Shown: positions 62,449 through 64,000 of the stretch, piece after piece
Layout: each line of letters begins with the position of its first letter
How positions within the stretch are numbered: the first letter of the stretch is position 1
Origin: Paracoccaceae bacterium
GTDB lineage: Bacteria > Pseudomonadota > Alphaproteobacteria > Rhodobacterales > Rhodobacteraceae
DNA: 64,000 nt
Assembly (NCBI GenBank): GCA_020832445.1
Contig: JAFIEO010000051.1
Location: 232-64,231 of the forward strand
Direction: 5' to 3'
Program-made: the position numbers and the translations under genes
The notes under the pieces: model-generated
The model's database searches: none
Told to the model about the DNA's origin: nothing
Seen by the model: only the letters and a program-made list of their open reading frames with translations

Positions 62449-63618
62449 TCAGGTCTGTTTGCGAAACGGCGCATGGTCGCGCAGGATGTCCATCTCGTTC
62501 GTGATGGCCTGCGTTTCATCGCTCAGATAGCGCGCCACGGCCTTGTGAAACCCCGGTTGCGGGAAATAGTGCAACGAATGGACGCGCGACGGCATATAGC
62601 CGCGCGCCAGCTTGTGGATACCTTGCGCGCCCGCTTCCACCCTGTGCAGGCCATGGGCAATGGCAAAGTCCATGGCCTGATAATAGCACAGTTCGAAATG
62701 CAGGCAGGGGTGATCTTCAGTGCAGCCCCAATAGCGCCCGTAAAGACCCTCGCGGCCAATGAAATTCAGCGCACCTGCAACGGGCTGGCCATCCTGTTCG
62801 GCCAGCACCAGCAGAATATCATCGCGCATCGTTTCATGAATATGGTCGAAAAACGCCCGTGTCAGATAGGGCGTGCCCCATTTGCGCGCGCCTGTATCCT
62901 GATAAAAGGTCCAGAAGGCATCCCAATGCGCGGGCTGGATATCTGCGCCCGTATACTGGCGGATTTCGCCGCCAAAGCCCTGCGCCTGCGCGCGTTCCTT
63001 GCGGATGGTCTTGCGCTTGCGCGAAGACAGATCGGCCAGAAAATCACTGAAACTGACATAGCCGCGATTTTCCCAGTGGAATTGTTCGGTGACGCGGGGC
63101 AGAAAGCCAAGTTCCGCGCCCTGTGCGGCCTCCTCTTCGGTGCAGAATGTGACATGCGCCGATGATAATGCGTTGTCGCGCGTAATTTGGGCCAGCGCCT
63201 GCAACAGCGCGGCACCGCCCGCATCCCCCATATCGGGCGCACACAACAGCCGCCGCCCTGTGGCCGGTGTGAATGGCACTGCGATTTGCAGCTTCGGATA
63301 ATACCCGCCACCTGCGCGCCCGTAGGCCTGCGCGAATGCGTGGTCGAAGATATATTCGCCCTGCGAATGCGATTTCACATACATGGGGGCTGCCGCAACC
63401 AACTGGCTGCCGCTTTGCACGATCAGGTGACGGGGTTCCCACCCCGCAGCCGCACCGACAGACCCTGATGTTTCCAGCGCGCGCAGGAAGCGATAGGTCG
63501 TAAACGGGTCAATTGCGCGGCCAGAGGCCGCTTCCGGACACGCGCAGGCATCCCAATCCTGCGGGCTGACATGCCCCAGATCAGGAACCAGCGTGACCGA
63601 AAGCGCGCCCCCGTCCAT
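62449..63618 (-). CDS. GNAT-fold protein of the DUF482 / FemAB-like (BioF2-like acetyltransferase) family
   Basis: About 390 aa. FLRALETSGSV...GW.PRHL..., YYPKLQIAVPFTP..G.R.L, and HFELCYYQAMDFAI are as I remember for this family. Confidence 0.65.
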   Translation of the reverse strand: MDGGALSVTLVPDLGHVSPQDWDACACPEAASGRAIDPFTTYRFLRALETSGSVGAAAGWEPRHLIVQSGSQLVAAAPMYVKSHSQGEYIFDHAFAQAYGRAGGGYYPKLQIAVPFTPATGRRLLCAPDMGDAGGAALLQALAQITRDNALSSAHVTFCTEEEAAQGAELGFLPRVTEQFHWENRGYVSFSDFLADLSSRKRKTIRKERAQAQGFGGEIRQYTGADIQPAHWDAFWTFYQDTGARKWGTPYLTRAFFDHIHETMRDDILLVLAEQDGQPVAGALNFIGREGLYGRYWGCTEDHPCLHFELCYYQAMDFAIAHGLHRVEAGAQGIHKLARGYMPSRVHSLHYFPQPGFHKAVARYLSDETQAITNEMDILRDHAPFRKQT

Positions 63619-63621
63619 GGA

Positions 63622-64000
63622 TCAGATCGCAGCCAGCAGCGCCTCGCCACCCGATACGTCGCAGGTGCCGGGGCTTTCTTCGGTGTGCAGCACGCTGACC
63701 TTGCCATCCTCGACGAGCATAGCATAGCGTTTCGACCGGCCCATCAGCCCGACAGGCGGTGCGTCGAAATCCATGCCGATGGATTTTGTGAAGGCACCGG
63801 TGCCATCTGCCAGCAGGGTCAGGCCCGCCTCGGTCGCGCCGGTTGCCTCGCCCCATGCTTTCATCACGAACGGGTCATTGACGGCAATGCAGATAATCTC
63901 GTCCACGCCCTTGGCGGCAAAATCATCCTTGGTGCGGATGAAGCTTGGCACATGCGCTGAATGGCAGGTTGGCGTGAATGCGCCGGGCACCGCGAAAATT
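63622..64000 (-). CDS. Peroxiredoxin (Prx5-type); 5' end off the right edge
   Basis: VPGAFTPTCHSAHVPSF contains the peroxidatic Cys motif. ICIAVNDPFVMKAWG is typical of the Prx5 subfamily. The reading frame stays open to the window end. Confidence 0.85.
   Translation of the reverse strand, partial: IFAVPGAFTPTCHSAHVPSFIRTKDDFAAKGVDEIICIAVNDPFVMKAWGEATGATEAGLTLLADGTGAFTKSIGMDFDAPPVGLMGRSKRYAMLVEDGKVSVLHTEESPGTCDVSGGEALLAAI

Noticed and set aside
62005-63165. 386-aa plus-strand ORF across the PCD and DUF482 genes
   Set aside because: It crosses two minus-strand genes with good motifs, so it is a GC-rich antisense artefact. The same reasoning applies to 20890-22014, 22777-23685, 10486-11235, 6121-6801 and 3114-3842.

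Overview
High-GC alphaproteobacterial chromosome segment, almost certainly Rhodobacteraceae. The marker set is regB / senC-regA, chpT, olsB-olsA, a Hint-domain protein, serB / serC-serA, ffh-GNAT-chorismate mutase-rpsP-rimM-trmD and kpsF-kdsB-kdsA. I call about 65 protein genes, mostly housekeeping and tightly packed with many 4-nt ATGA overlaps, plus one tRNA-Lys(UUU). I see no transposase, integrase, phage gene, CRISPR array, rRNA or recognisable defence gene. The many long ORFs antisense to real genes are GC-rich artefacts. The main signal not explained by genes is two families of structured non-coding repeats. Family A is a ~230-bp long imperfect palindrome with 5 full copies and 1 partial arm, all just downstream of gene 3' ends. 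Family B is a 102-bp MITE-like element with GAGCAT termini and TA flanks, in 3 copies. One family B copy supplies the last base of the trmD stop codon, and two sit in tandem. There are two candidates for undescribed biology. The first is a translationally coupled pair: a transglutaminase-like cysteine-protease-fold protein and a divergent CoaBC(Dfp)-like protein that lacks the canonical decarboxylase and ligase catalytic motifs (16067-18426). The second is a lower-GC module of a GAF-PAS-PAS-PAS hybrid histidine kinase, a LuxR-type response regulator and a Hint (intein/hedgehog-like autoprocessing) domain protein (37503-42168). Both are hypotheses from motif reading only; I could not run any search. 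Start codons marked as moved are my own choices and carry uncertainty of a few codons.
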